Source: a virus. From it: a stretch of DNA of 33,129 nt. Below the pieces are notes generated by a model that saw only the letters and a program-made list of their open reading frames with translations, had not been told where the DNA came from and searched no databases. The position numbers and the translations under genes are program-made. Positions within the stretch are counted from its first letter, which is position 1; each line of letters begins with the position of its first letter. Below are positions 24,268 to 31,621 of this stretch, piece by piece. The stretch covers positions 1-33,129 of the IMG/VR virus record IMGVR_UViG_3300014325_000010. One strand, 5' to 3'.

Positions 24268-24718
24268 AGATCAAACCTATTTTGTAATGTTCGAAATTCA
24301 AAATCACCAACCACCGATCACAATCGATGCGTTGTATTCTTACGCGCACGGTAAGCGAAAGGGACAACCGAAAAAACTGTTGGTGACTCACACGACGCTG
24401 TGTATCATCAAACAAACGCCGACAACCGAAAAGCCCGATTCGAAAATTGCAAAGAATATCGCTTCAGGCGAAGCGTGGTGCTCGGCAAAGGACTGGTTCG
24501 ACATCCACGAGGGTCGTCGAGAGGCACTCCGTCGCGCTCTCGAAGAGCTGAAAGAAAAAACGGAATTCTACAATTTTCCAGTTGAACTAGTCTGGAAAGC
24601 ATTCGTGAAAACCCTACCAAAGACACCACCGTCTGCGAAACAACTTCGACGCGAAATTCGACTGTTGAACGCGCAAATTGCCGAATTAACAAAGAAGGCC
24701 GAACAAGCTCTGGTGTAA
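24251..24718 (+). CDS. Hypothetical protein
   Basis: ORF. Confidence 0.45.
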   Translation: MRLSIEDQTYFVMFEIQNHQPPITIDALYSYAHGKRKGQPKKLLVTHTTLCIIKQTPTTEKPDSKIAKNIASGEAWCSAKDWFDIHEGRREALRRALEELKEKTEFYNFPVELVWKAFVKTLPKTPPSAKQLRREIRLLNAQIAELTKKAEQALV

Positions 24719-24721
24719 ATC

Positions 24722-24949
24722 ATGGAATGGTATAGTATTTGCTGGTCACTAGTGTTACTTCCTTGGTGTTTCGGAGGATGGCGGCCACGTTGTTCAGCCA
24801 CGTTGTGGCTAACAATCCATGAAGACGTGTTTAGGACACGTAAAATAAACCAATCTGGTGAACGTGTCGTTGTCTGGAATTGTTCGAGATGCCAAAAAGA
24901 AATAGGCGAAACAACTTCCCAACTCTCTTTACACAAGAATCTGCGATGA
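24722..24949 (+). CDS. Small Cys-rich protein. ATGA-coupled to the SLOG gene.
   Basis: ...CWSLVLLPWC...WNCSRCQKE.... Confidence 0.35.
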   Translation: MEWYSICWSLVLLPWCFGGWRPRCSATLWLTIHEDVFRTRKINQSGERVVVWNCSRCQKEIGETTSQLSLHKNLR

Positions 24950-25389
24950 AGTTTGTCTCCGGAGGTCAAACCGGAGCAGACCGTGGTGGACTTGAAGCCG
25001 GCAAGATTCTTGGATTCGAAACTGGAGGTTGGGTTCCTAAAGGTTGGCGAACAGAAAACGGACCCGATCCAACACTAGCAACTTTTGGTTGTAAAGAGCA
25101 TTTGTCATCAGATTATCCACCTCGAACCCGAGTCAATGTTGCCTACGCGGATGGAACAATATGGTTCGGACGAACTGGATCTCCTGGTTATAAATGCACA
25201 TACAATGCAACAGTCGAGTTTGATAGTCTATTTATCGTGAATCCCACTTCACAAGAATTACTCGATTTGGTAAAAGAGCGCAAGATAAGAATTTGTAACA
25301 TTTCTGGCAATCGAGAATCGAAAAATCCTGGAATTCAACGACGAACAAAAGACTTTTTAATTCAAACCTTTTCACAATCAGTAAAATGA
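24946..25389 (+). CDS. SLOG-superfamily protein (YpsA / putative MoCo-carrier-like). Start taken at the internal ATG 24946.
   Basis: MKFVSGGQTGADRGGLEAGKILGFETGGWVPKGWRTENG matches the SGGQTGADR...GG(W/C)xPKGR signature. Confidence 0.55.
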   Translation: MKFVSGGQTGADRGGLEAGKILGFETGGWVPKGWRTENGPDPTLATFGCKEHLSSDYPPRTRVNVAYADGTIWFGRTGSPGYKCTYNATVEFDSLFIVNPTSQELLDLVKERKIRICNISGNRESKNPGIQRRTKDFLIQTFSQSVK

Positions 25390-26411
25390 AACAATTTCTT
25401 TATCCATCCAGTAGTGATGTGAAAGTCAACCACACTGTTACTGTCTATCCAGACAATCGTATCACGTGTAGTTGTCGAGGGTATCGATCACCAAATAAGT
25501 GTTGGCATTTTCGCGACACAGCAAAGAAACTTGGAATTGATATTAACGAAGCGAGTAAAGAAGGACAGATAATACCAGTAGCGACACAAGGTTCACTTCT
25601 CGAAAGTGAACGAGAAATTCCTTTTAAACCAATGTTAGCACGTGGGTTAAAAGACGAAGAAACTATCCACGATTATCCTGGTGATATTTATGTACTAGAA
25701 GAAAAATACAATGGACATCGAATGCTTATCGAGACAGGACCAGTAGTTACTGCTTGGTCTCGAGCCGGTAATATTCGTATGCTTCCATCCCATCTGATCA
25801 AAGAATTAAATAAGATGCCAAAAGCTCTTATTGATTCTGAACTCTACATACCGGGTGGTCAAAGCACGGATGTCACTGCTTTACATTTACAAGATCAACT
25901 GGTGATTGCTATTTTCGATATCATGAACATCGAAGGTGAGTCAATCATTAATGATCCATTGTACAAACGTCGTAAAGCATTGGATGAAGCAGCTTCCCAT
26001 CTACAGGGTCCAGTAAATATATCAGACCAATTTGAACCAAACCAAACCAAGCTAGATGAAATTTGGAATCGTGGTGGTGAAGGAGCAATTCTTAAACGTA
26101 GGGATTCGCCGTACGAAGTTGGATATCGATCTAAAGCTTGGATCAAGTTTAAAAAAGAAGAAACAGAAATTGCTAAAATCGTAAGTTTCGAGATGGGACT
26201 TCTTGGTCCTTACTCGAGAGTTGTTGCAATTGATAAATTTGGTGTCGAAATTAGCGTTAAGATGTTAAACGATGAATGGCGAGCAACACTCGAACGCGAG
26301 GGAGGAGCAAAATATCTTGGCTGGATTTTGAGATTTAAACATCGAGGGAGAACTCGCGACAAGAAGAAGTATATTTCGCCAATGATGGATCACATTTACG
26401 AGGACAATTAA
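25386..26411 (+). CDS. ATP-dependent polynucleotide ligase (nucleotidyltransferase superfamily; DNA or RNA ligase) with an N-terminal zinc finger
   Basis: Motif I EEKYNGHR (KxNGxR), motif III IDSELYIP, motif IV GEGAILKR, motif V KAWIKFKK. N-terminal CSCRGY...CWHF. Confidence 0.6.
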   Translation: MKQFLYPSSSDVKVNHTVTVYPDNRITCSCRGYRSPNKCWHFRDTAKKLGIDINEASKEGQIIPVATQGSLLESEREIPFKPMLARGLKDEETIHDYPGDIYVLEEKYNGHRMLIETGPVVTAWSRAGNIRMLPSHLIKELNKMPKALIDSELYIPGGQSTDVTALHLQDQLVIAIFDIMNIEGESIINDPLYKRRKALDEAASHLQGPVNISDQFEPNQTKLDEIWNRGGEGAILKRRDSPYEVGYRSKAWIKFKKEETEIAKIVSFEMGLLGPYSRVVAIDKFGVEISVKMLNDEWRATLEREGGAKYLGWILRFKHRGRTRDKKKYISPMMDHIYEDN

Positions 26412-26642
26412 ATGCCCAGAATCCCTAAGACTGACATGCTCATCGTTTCCGTAGAACAGAATCACATGCACGCAGATAGTCAAGCAATAAACCTCGCGCG
26501 TGATGTGGAATTGGCGAAACTTCGTGCACTTGATTCTACCATCACACGCCTTACGTCACAACTGGAGGAGGCACGGCGCGAACGCAAAATCACCGAAGCT
26601 AACATCACGGGCATGACAAACGTCTTAGCCAAACGTTACTAA
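26412..26642 (+). CDS. Small coiled-coil protein
   Basis: ORF. Confidence 0.4.
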   Translation: MPRIPKTDMLIVSVEQNHMHADSQAINLARDVELAKLRALDSTITRLTSQLEEARRERKITEANITGMTNVLAKRY

Positions 26643-26646
26643 AACC

Positions 26647-26835
26647 ATGAAGGACAACCTCATATTCCATCTTGCTGTTGTCTTCGTTCTGGGAATAGTA
26701 ACCTATCTCTTGTGTGCAAAAGCACTTCCACTTTTGAATCAAGCAGCTGATCGTTCTTTTATCGAGGGTGCAGTTCTCATGATAGTAGCAGCTGCAATGT
26801 GGTTGTTAACAATTATTATCGTAAGGAAACCATGA
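26647..26835 (+). CDS. Small two-TM membrane protein (holin-like or SPFH partner)
   Basis: MKDNLIFHLAVVFVLGIVTYLL...GAVLMIVAAAMWLLTIIIV. Confidence 0.4.
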   Translation: MKDNLIFHLAVVFVLGIVTYLLCAKALPLLNQAADRSFIEGAVLMIVAAAMWLLTIIIVRKP

Positions 26836-27788
26836 TGATCAATCTACAGAAAAAAGTATTGATGATTGCATTTGTCGCGATCACTCAAACAGCTTGTATT
26901 GGTTGCACCCGAATTGGTCCCGGCTATGTTGGCATCGTTGTCAATCTCGCAGGCAGTGATCGTGGAGTTCAAGAATATCCAGCCAAGACCGGGTGGGTAT
27001 TCTATAATGTGTTTAGTGAAGAAGTGAAGGAATATCCAACCTTTGTTCAGTCCGTAGTCTGGACACAAAATAAAGAAGAGGGTCGTCCAGCGAACGAAGA
27101 AATTACGTTTACCAACAAAGATCAAATGCAAATCAGAGTCGATGTGGCACTTTCGTATCATATCGAACCCGACAAAGTTCCATCATTCTATGTGAAGTTT
27201 CGAAGTGACGATTTAAACACTTTCACTTATGGATATCTTCATTCACTAGCACGTGACAAATTCAACGATATTGGTGGACTGTATGATATTACCCAAATTA
27301 TGGGTAACAATGGTCCATTTCTGAAAGAAGTAAAAGATGCTCTTCAAAGAGATTTGAGACCTATCGGTGTCGAATTAGAAGCCCAATTTGGTATTATTGG
27401 TGCTCCACGACCACCTGATGCAGTAGTGAAAGCAATTAACGATAAAGTTCAAGCTAATCAATTAGCTCAGCAGAAACAGAATGAGCTAGCCCAATCAACA
27501 GCGGATGCAAATAAAGAAGTAGCGAAAACAGAAGGATATGCGCGATCATTAATGATTCGCGCAGAAGCCGAAGCAGCTTCCAATAGAAAGATTGCGGATT
27601 CTATTACCCCAAATCTCATTCAACTTCGTATGCTCGAGAAATGGAATGGTGTAATGCCCACCGTGCAAAGTGGTGGAAGTGGTGGGTTAATTCTCCAATT
27701 ACCAAATAAACAATCAGATGCTGATCCTGGGCAAAAACCTCAATCCGGGCTTAATAGCCGAGCGGAACTGGATAGACTGTTGAAATGA
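26832..27788 (+). CDS. SPFH/band-7 (HflK/C, stomatin-like) domain lipoprotein. Start at ATG 26832, overlapping the upstream TGA.
   Basis: Signal peptide plus Cys (MMINLQKKVLMIAFVAITQTACIGC). GYVGIVVNLAG and ...VDVALSYHI... match the SPFH core. C-terminal coiled coil LAQQKQNELAQSTADANKEVAKTEGYARSLMIRAEAEAA. Confidence 0.7.
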   Translation: MMINLQKKVLMIAFVAITQTACIGCTRIGPGYVGIVVNLAGSDRGVQEYPAKTGWVFYNVFSEEVKEYPTFVQSVVWTQNKEEGRPANEEITFTNKDQMQIRVDVALSYHIEPDKVPSFYVKFRSDDLNTFTYGYLHSLARDKFNDIGGLYDITQIMGNNGPFLKEVKDALQRDLRPIGVELEAQFGIIGAPRPPDAVVKAINDKVQANQLAQQKQNELAQSTADANKEVAKTEGYARSLMIRAEAEAASNRKIADSITPNLIQLRMLEKWNGVMPTVQSGGSGGLILQLPNKQSDADPGQKPQSGLNSRAELDRLLK

Positions 27789-28198
27789 TTACCTTTCTTC
27801 CGTGGGCCGATTACGTCGATAGTGCTAAAGCATTAGACTATCGACGTCTCGGTAAACAACGTGTAGAAGCGTACCAACTTCTGCGAGGACTTCTCGGTAT
27901 CTCCACCGGCTGGATTCATCACCCAGCCTCGAAAATGTGGAAAGGATACGAACCAGCCCTCGCCTCATACACTGTTGATATTTGTGATGAATGGATTTAT
28001 CGCGGGTATCGAGATACGATTTTAGATAAAGTGTTAGAGCTTATTGATGCACATAAATTAGCACTTGTCAAGCATCCAAGTTGGCTTGGTAATGAAGATT
28101 TTCATCGTTCACATCGGGCCAACTTGGTAAGAAAAAATCCAAAATACTACGTTCCTCTTTTTGGAGATTTACCTCCAGAACCATACATTTGGCCATGA
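27785..28198 (+). CDS. Hypothetical protein, possibly T4 endonuclease V / pyrimidine-dimer glycosylase-like fold
   Basis: 137 aa. Loose resemblance to DenV: ...LDYRRLGKQRVE... versus ...AEYRELPRV..., and ...CDEWIYRGY... versus ...AECLKRGF.... A catalytic Glu is not evident. Confidence 0.3.
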   Translation: MITFLPWADYVDSAKALDYRRLGKQRVEAYQLLRGLLGISTGWIHHPASKMWKGYEPALASYTVDICDEWIYRGYRDTILDKVLELIDAHKLALVKHPSWLGNEDFHRSHRANLVRKNPKYYVPLFGDLPPEPYIWP

Positions 28199-28347
28199 CA
28201 AAAATCGTTTTGTACTTTGTAACGGGAATGCTAAGTATGTTAGCATATTTTCTGCTAAACTATTACGATGTACTGTGGATTTTCACGACACCCTTTCTAA
28301 TGATTGCTATGGCAGCAACTGTGCTGTTATTGCTAACCAAAGCTTAA
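28195..28347 (+). CDS. Small membrane protein (50 aa)
   Basis: MTKIVLYFVTGMLSMLAYFLL...FLMIAMAATVLLLL. ATGA overlap. Confidence 0.35.
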   Translation: MTKIVLYFVTGMLSMLAYFLLNYYDVLWIFTTPFLMIAMAATVLLLLTKA

Positions 28348-28350
28348 TCT

Positions 28351-28824
28351 ATGAAAATAGAACTCAAGAAAATCGAACGAACGTGTGGTGATTGCACTCT
28401 GTGTTGTAAAGTTCTTGGTATCAAGGAACTTGACAAACCACCACTAGTATATTGCACACATGCAATCAAAGATCACGGGTGTGCAATATATGCTACACGC
28501 CCCGAAAGTTGTCAGACATTTGTATGTCAATGGTTAATTTCTTCCTGGTTACCAGAATGGGCAAAACCCAATAAAATCCACGGTGTTATTGGAACGACTG
28601 ATAATGATGAGAATCTCATTCTATGGGAAGACCCAGGTTATCCAGGTGTTGCTTCAACTAAATTGAAAGATATCTTACGTATCATAGTAGCTGCCGGCCA
28701 ACTGATTATCGTAGCATGTGGTAAAAAACGAACACTACTTGGTAATCGAGAGGCTGTTCTAGAAGAAATAGGTATGTGGGACGAACATGTCAAACAAAAA
28801 CAATCAATCATACACAATCCGTGA
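28351..28824 (+). CDS. YkgJ-family zinc/iron-chelating (CxxCxxCC) protein
   Basis: CGDCTLCC plus further Cys residues (...CTHAIKDHGCAIYATRPESCQTFVCQ). Confidence 0.5.
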   Translation: MKIELKKIERTCGDCTLCCKVLGIKELDKPPLVYCTHAIKDHGCAIYATRPESCQTFVCQWLISSWLPEWAKPNKIHGVIGTTDNDENLILWEDPGYPGVASTKLKDILRIIVAAGQLIIVACGKKRTLLGNREAVLEEIGMWDEHVKQKQSIIHNP

Positions 28825-29107
28825 ATTAGCAATTGCTGCTTTCGAGCAGATTAACGAACTTTGTCTGCGTCAAGAATGGCTCTCATCTCGAAAAAAGATT
28901 TTAGATCTTTCACACGAGATGGTACAAAGGTTAGAAGTACAAGAAGATGATACAGTTGAAATCTCTGATAAGGAACTACTTGATATCCGTAACGCAATAA
29001 GATACATCCAATTTTCTGCAGATGCAAACACTGCATATTGGGAACCATTAGCAAAACGATTTAAAGACATAGTAGAAATGAGAGAGTCCAGAAAGGATCA
29101 ACAATGA
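28787..29107 (+). CDS. Hypothetical protein
   Basis: ORF. Confidence 0.4.
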   Translation: MSNKNNQSYTIRELAIAAFEQINELCLRQEWLSSRKKILDLSHEMVQRLEVQEDDTVEISDKELLDIRNAIRYIQFSADANTAYWEPLAKRFKDIVEMRESRKDQQ

Positions 29108-29997
29108 GAAGGCTATTACTTTTGTGCAGCGTACTGGTCATTGGTGCTGTATCAATCAAACCAACTGGGATGATCACAGACACAGTACCTATACTTTCGA
29201 TTAACGAACGAAATCAAATTGAAGTGTTGTTAAACAACTACAAGAATCGAACCACTAACGAAATAGCTGTTTTGATCGTACCAACCCTTGGATCAGAAGA
29301 TCTAAAGGAATACGCAAATAAGATATTCCACGAATGGGGTATTGGACAAAAAGGAAAGAACAACGGAATATTATTTCTGTGGTCAACAGGTGACCGAAAA
29401 ATGCGGTTCGAGGTTGGATACGGATTAGAAGGAGTTTTACCAGATGGTCGAGCCGGTCAAATTATTCGTGAAGAAATTACGCCGGCATTTCGAACGCAAA
29501 AGTGGATGGAAGGACTTCAAAACGGATTAAATGCTGTTATTAAACAAATAGATTCTCAGTCCGTAATTCCTGCTGTAGAATCAACTCGCCAAGCTAGTTC
29601 TTACTCGGCCTTAGATACTATGTTAGTAATTTCGGCAGGTGTTGTAGCATTACTAGCAATTATCATATTCTTTAAGAGACAGAAAGATAAGGAAGATGCA
29701 ATTTTAGCTAGAGATAATTTTGATAGATCAGTAAAAGAAGGAACTGGTCTTATTGGCGACTATGCTTCGCACAAAGCATCACATAGAGTGTACAGTCAAG
29801 AAAAACCACGTAGAAAATCAAATTATGTATCTAGTGGGCACTACAGTAGTGATAGGAGTTCTAGTTCTGACAGCTACAGTGGTTCTAGCTCTGACAGTTC
29901 CAGTAGTTCTAGCAGTTCCAGCAGTTCTAGCTCCGGTGATTTTGGCGGATTTAGTGGTGGGGACTCTGGTGGTGGTGGAGCTGATGGATCTTATTGA
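29104..29997 (+). CDS. TPM-domain (YgcG/TLP18.3-like) protein with a TM segment and a Ser/Gly-rich C-terminal tail
   Basis: Signal/TM N-terminus. ...NEIAVLIVPTLGSEDLKEYANKIFHEWGIGQKGKNNGILFLWSTGDRKMRFEVGYGLEGVLPD... matches the TPM domain. Tail SSSDSSSSSSSSSSSSSGDFGGFSGGDSGGGG. Confidence 0.65.
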   Translation: MRRLLLLCSVLVIGAVSIKPTGMITDTVPILSINERNQIEVLLNNYKNRTTNEIAVLIVPTLGSEDLKEYANKIFHEWGIGQKGKNNGILFLWSTGDRKMRFEVGYGLEGVLPDGRAGQIIREEITPAFRTQKWMEGLQNGLNAVIKQIDSQSVIPAVESTRQASSYSALDTMLVISAGVVALLAIIIFFKRQKDKEDAILARDNFDRSVKEGTGLIGDYASHKASHRVYSQEKPRRKSNYVSSGHYSSDRSSSSDSYSGSSSDSSSSSSSSSSSSSGDFGGFSGGDSGGGGADGSY

Positions 29998-30320
29998 AAC
30001 ACTAATCCTGACTTAGTTACCAAAAGAGTGGCTTTAACCTCTGGAGTTTGCCCAAAAATTTTGAGACTTAAATCATGACGACCAAGGGATAAAGGAGGTA
30101 AAGTTGTTTCACAAGATGATGTAGTATCATCAATAGCCTTACACAAAGTTTGAAGTATTCTAAATTGACTCCCATCAATTGATACTTCAAACGTGTATGT
30201 TGAGACTCTTTCTATTGGATCTGGTTGTACCCACCCAAGCTTTCCAACCGTTTTAATTGGATTACTTGCACAGGAAGACACACCAATTAAAACACACAGA
30301 GCAATAAACGCTTTAATCAT
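29991..30320 (-). CDS. Small lipoprotein
   Basis: MIKAFIALCVLIGVSSC is a lipobox-like signal peptide. Confidence 0.5.
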   Translation of the reverse strand: MIKAFIALCVLIGVSSCASNPIKTVGKLGWVQPDPIERVSTYTFEVSIDGSQFRILQTLCKAIDDTTSSCETTLPPLSLGRHDLSLKIFGQTPEVKATLLVTKSGLVFQ

Positions 30321-31621
30321 GGTATCACATGTAATCCAGTTGGTGTAGAGGGTGGCCCAATCGGACTTCCAGCAACAAACTCATAAGCACCAATATCAAA
30401 AACACTTTCTTGCGGACGTGGAATACTGACAAGATCAGTAGTTACCGTCGATACAGTTATTCCAGTATTTCGAGCGGGACTACCAGATTGTAGTTTAAAA
30501 TTAGCACTACCAGTACTTACAAAAAGGGGATTGATGCCAAAGAGATTATGGTCTTGAATTGTACCAATACCCCCATCCCCATAATATGCAGGCGTCCCAG
30601 TAATATATACAATATTGTTACGAATTTCATTATTAGTCGCGGGATTGCCCCCCGCGTCCAACGAAACCGTGATACCTGCATTAGCGACGTTGTAAATCGT
30701 ATTATTCCAGATTTTGTTGCCTGTATTGGTCAGTGCGATAGCGGCATCACCCACATATTGTTGTCCATATTTCGTGATATTGTAAATCAAGTTGTTGTAT
30801 ATAATGTTGTTCGCCCCAGTGATAACAATACCCCAGACCTCCGATGGATCACCAGTCCTCGACAAATCATGCATTCTATTATTTCGCACGATATTGCCAT
30901 TCGCCTCTCCCAACTTGCTATAAATCTGGACGAACGCCCCGCTAGTGTCATATAATTCACAGTTTTCAATAAGATTGTTTGGACTGTTGACATAAATCGC
31001 ATACGACGCGCACCCGAACCCGCACTCACCAGGACGCCCTCCACCATGGATGTATAGATTTTGGAATTCACTTGACCCAATTTGTCCAGGAAAACTATGT
31101 GATCCAGTCAAAACCCCATTCTGCGAACCGACGTTGATCACTTCTGCATTCTTGAACCGAACGTGGTGTGGTTGGTTCCCATTATTTGTGGAAATCCATA
31201 GAGCGCCTTGACCTTCAGGGCAGTTGACCATACACGCGCGCCCGTCCATATTGATTCCGTCGATCTCAATGTACGAACAGTTACAGTCAAGCCAGATGAT
31301 ATGTGTTCCGTCATTACCGGTCACCGGTGCCATCCAGACGGTTTCGCCTGGGTAATTAGCTATTCGAACTTTATTATTCCACGAAGTACCAGATGGAATA
31401 TAAGTAAGATTTTCATTGTAGGTGCCGCCGCGCACAATGAGTGTGTCGCCGGCTGACAGACAACTTACCCCGCTGTTGATAGTGGCCTTTGGGGTTGCCA
31501 AGGTCTGTGCAGTAGCACACGATCGGTTATTGTCACCACCGCTTTGTGCTACATAGAAAGTTGTTGCTAACACTGGTACAGCAAAGAGTTGAATGAAGAA
31601 AAGAAAAATTAGTTTTTTCAT
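30317..31621 (-). CDS. Secreted right-handed parallel beta-helix protein (pectate-lyase/glycosidase-like; possible depolymerase)
   Basis: Sec signal MKKLIFLFFIQLFAVPVLATT. Repeated Asn-rich beta-helix coils: NNRMHD, NNLIYN, NNTIYN, RNNIVY. Confidence 0.65.
   Translation of the reverse strand: MKKLIFLFFIQLFAVPVLATTFYVAQSGGDNNRSCATAQTLATPKATINSGVSCLSAGDTLIVRGGTYNENLTYIPSGTSWNNKVRIANYPGETVWMAPVTGNDGTHIIWLDCNCSYIEIDGINMDGRACMVNCPEGQGALWISTNNGNQPHHVRFKNAEVINVGSQNGVLTGSHSFPGQIGSSEFQNLYIHGGGRPGECGFGCASYAIYVNSPNNLIENCELYDTSGAFVQIYSKLGEANGNIVRNNRMHDLSRTGDPSEVWGIVITGANNIIYNNLIYNITKYGQQYVGDAAIALTNTGNKIWNNTIYNVANAGITVSLDAGGNPATNNEIRNNIVYITGTPAYYGDGGIGTIQDHNLFGINPLFVSTGSANFKLQSGSPARNTGITVSTVTTDLVSIPRPQESVFDIGAYEFVAGSPIGPPSTPTGLHVIP

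Noticed and set aside
26799-26831. Upstream extension of the SPFH gene
   Set aside because: It overlaps the preceding membrane-protein gene. ATG 26832, in an ATGATGA overlap, gives a canonical lipoprotein signal peptide.
29820-29997. Ser-rich run (AGT/AGC/TCT repeats) at the 3' end of the TPM gene as a tandem DNA repeat or CRISPR-like array
   Set aside because: It is a low-complexity coding sequence, in frame, for a poly-Ser/Gly tail typical of YgcG-like proteins. There is no spacer-repeat periodicity.
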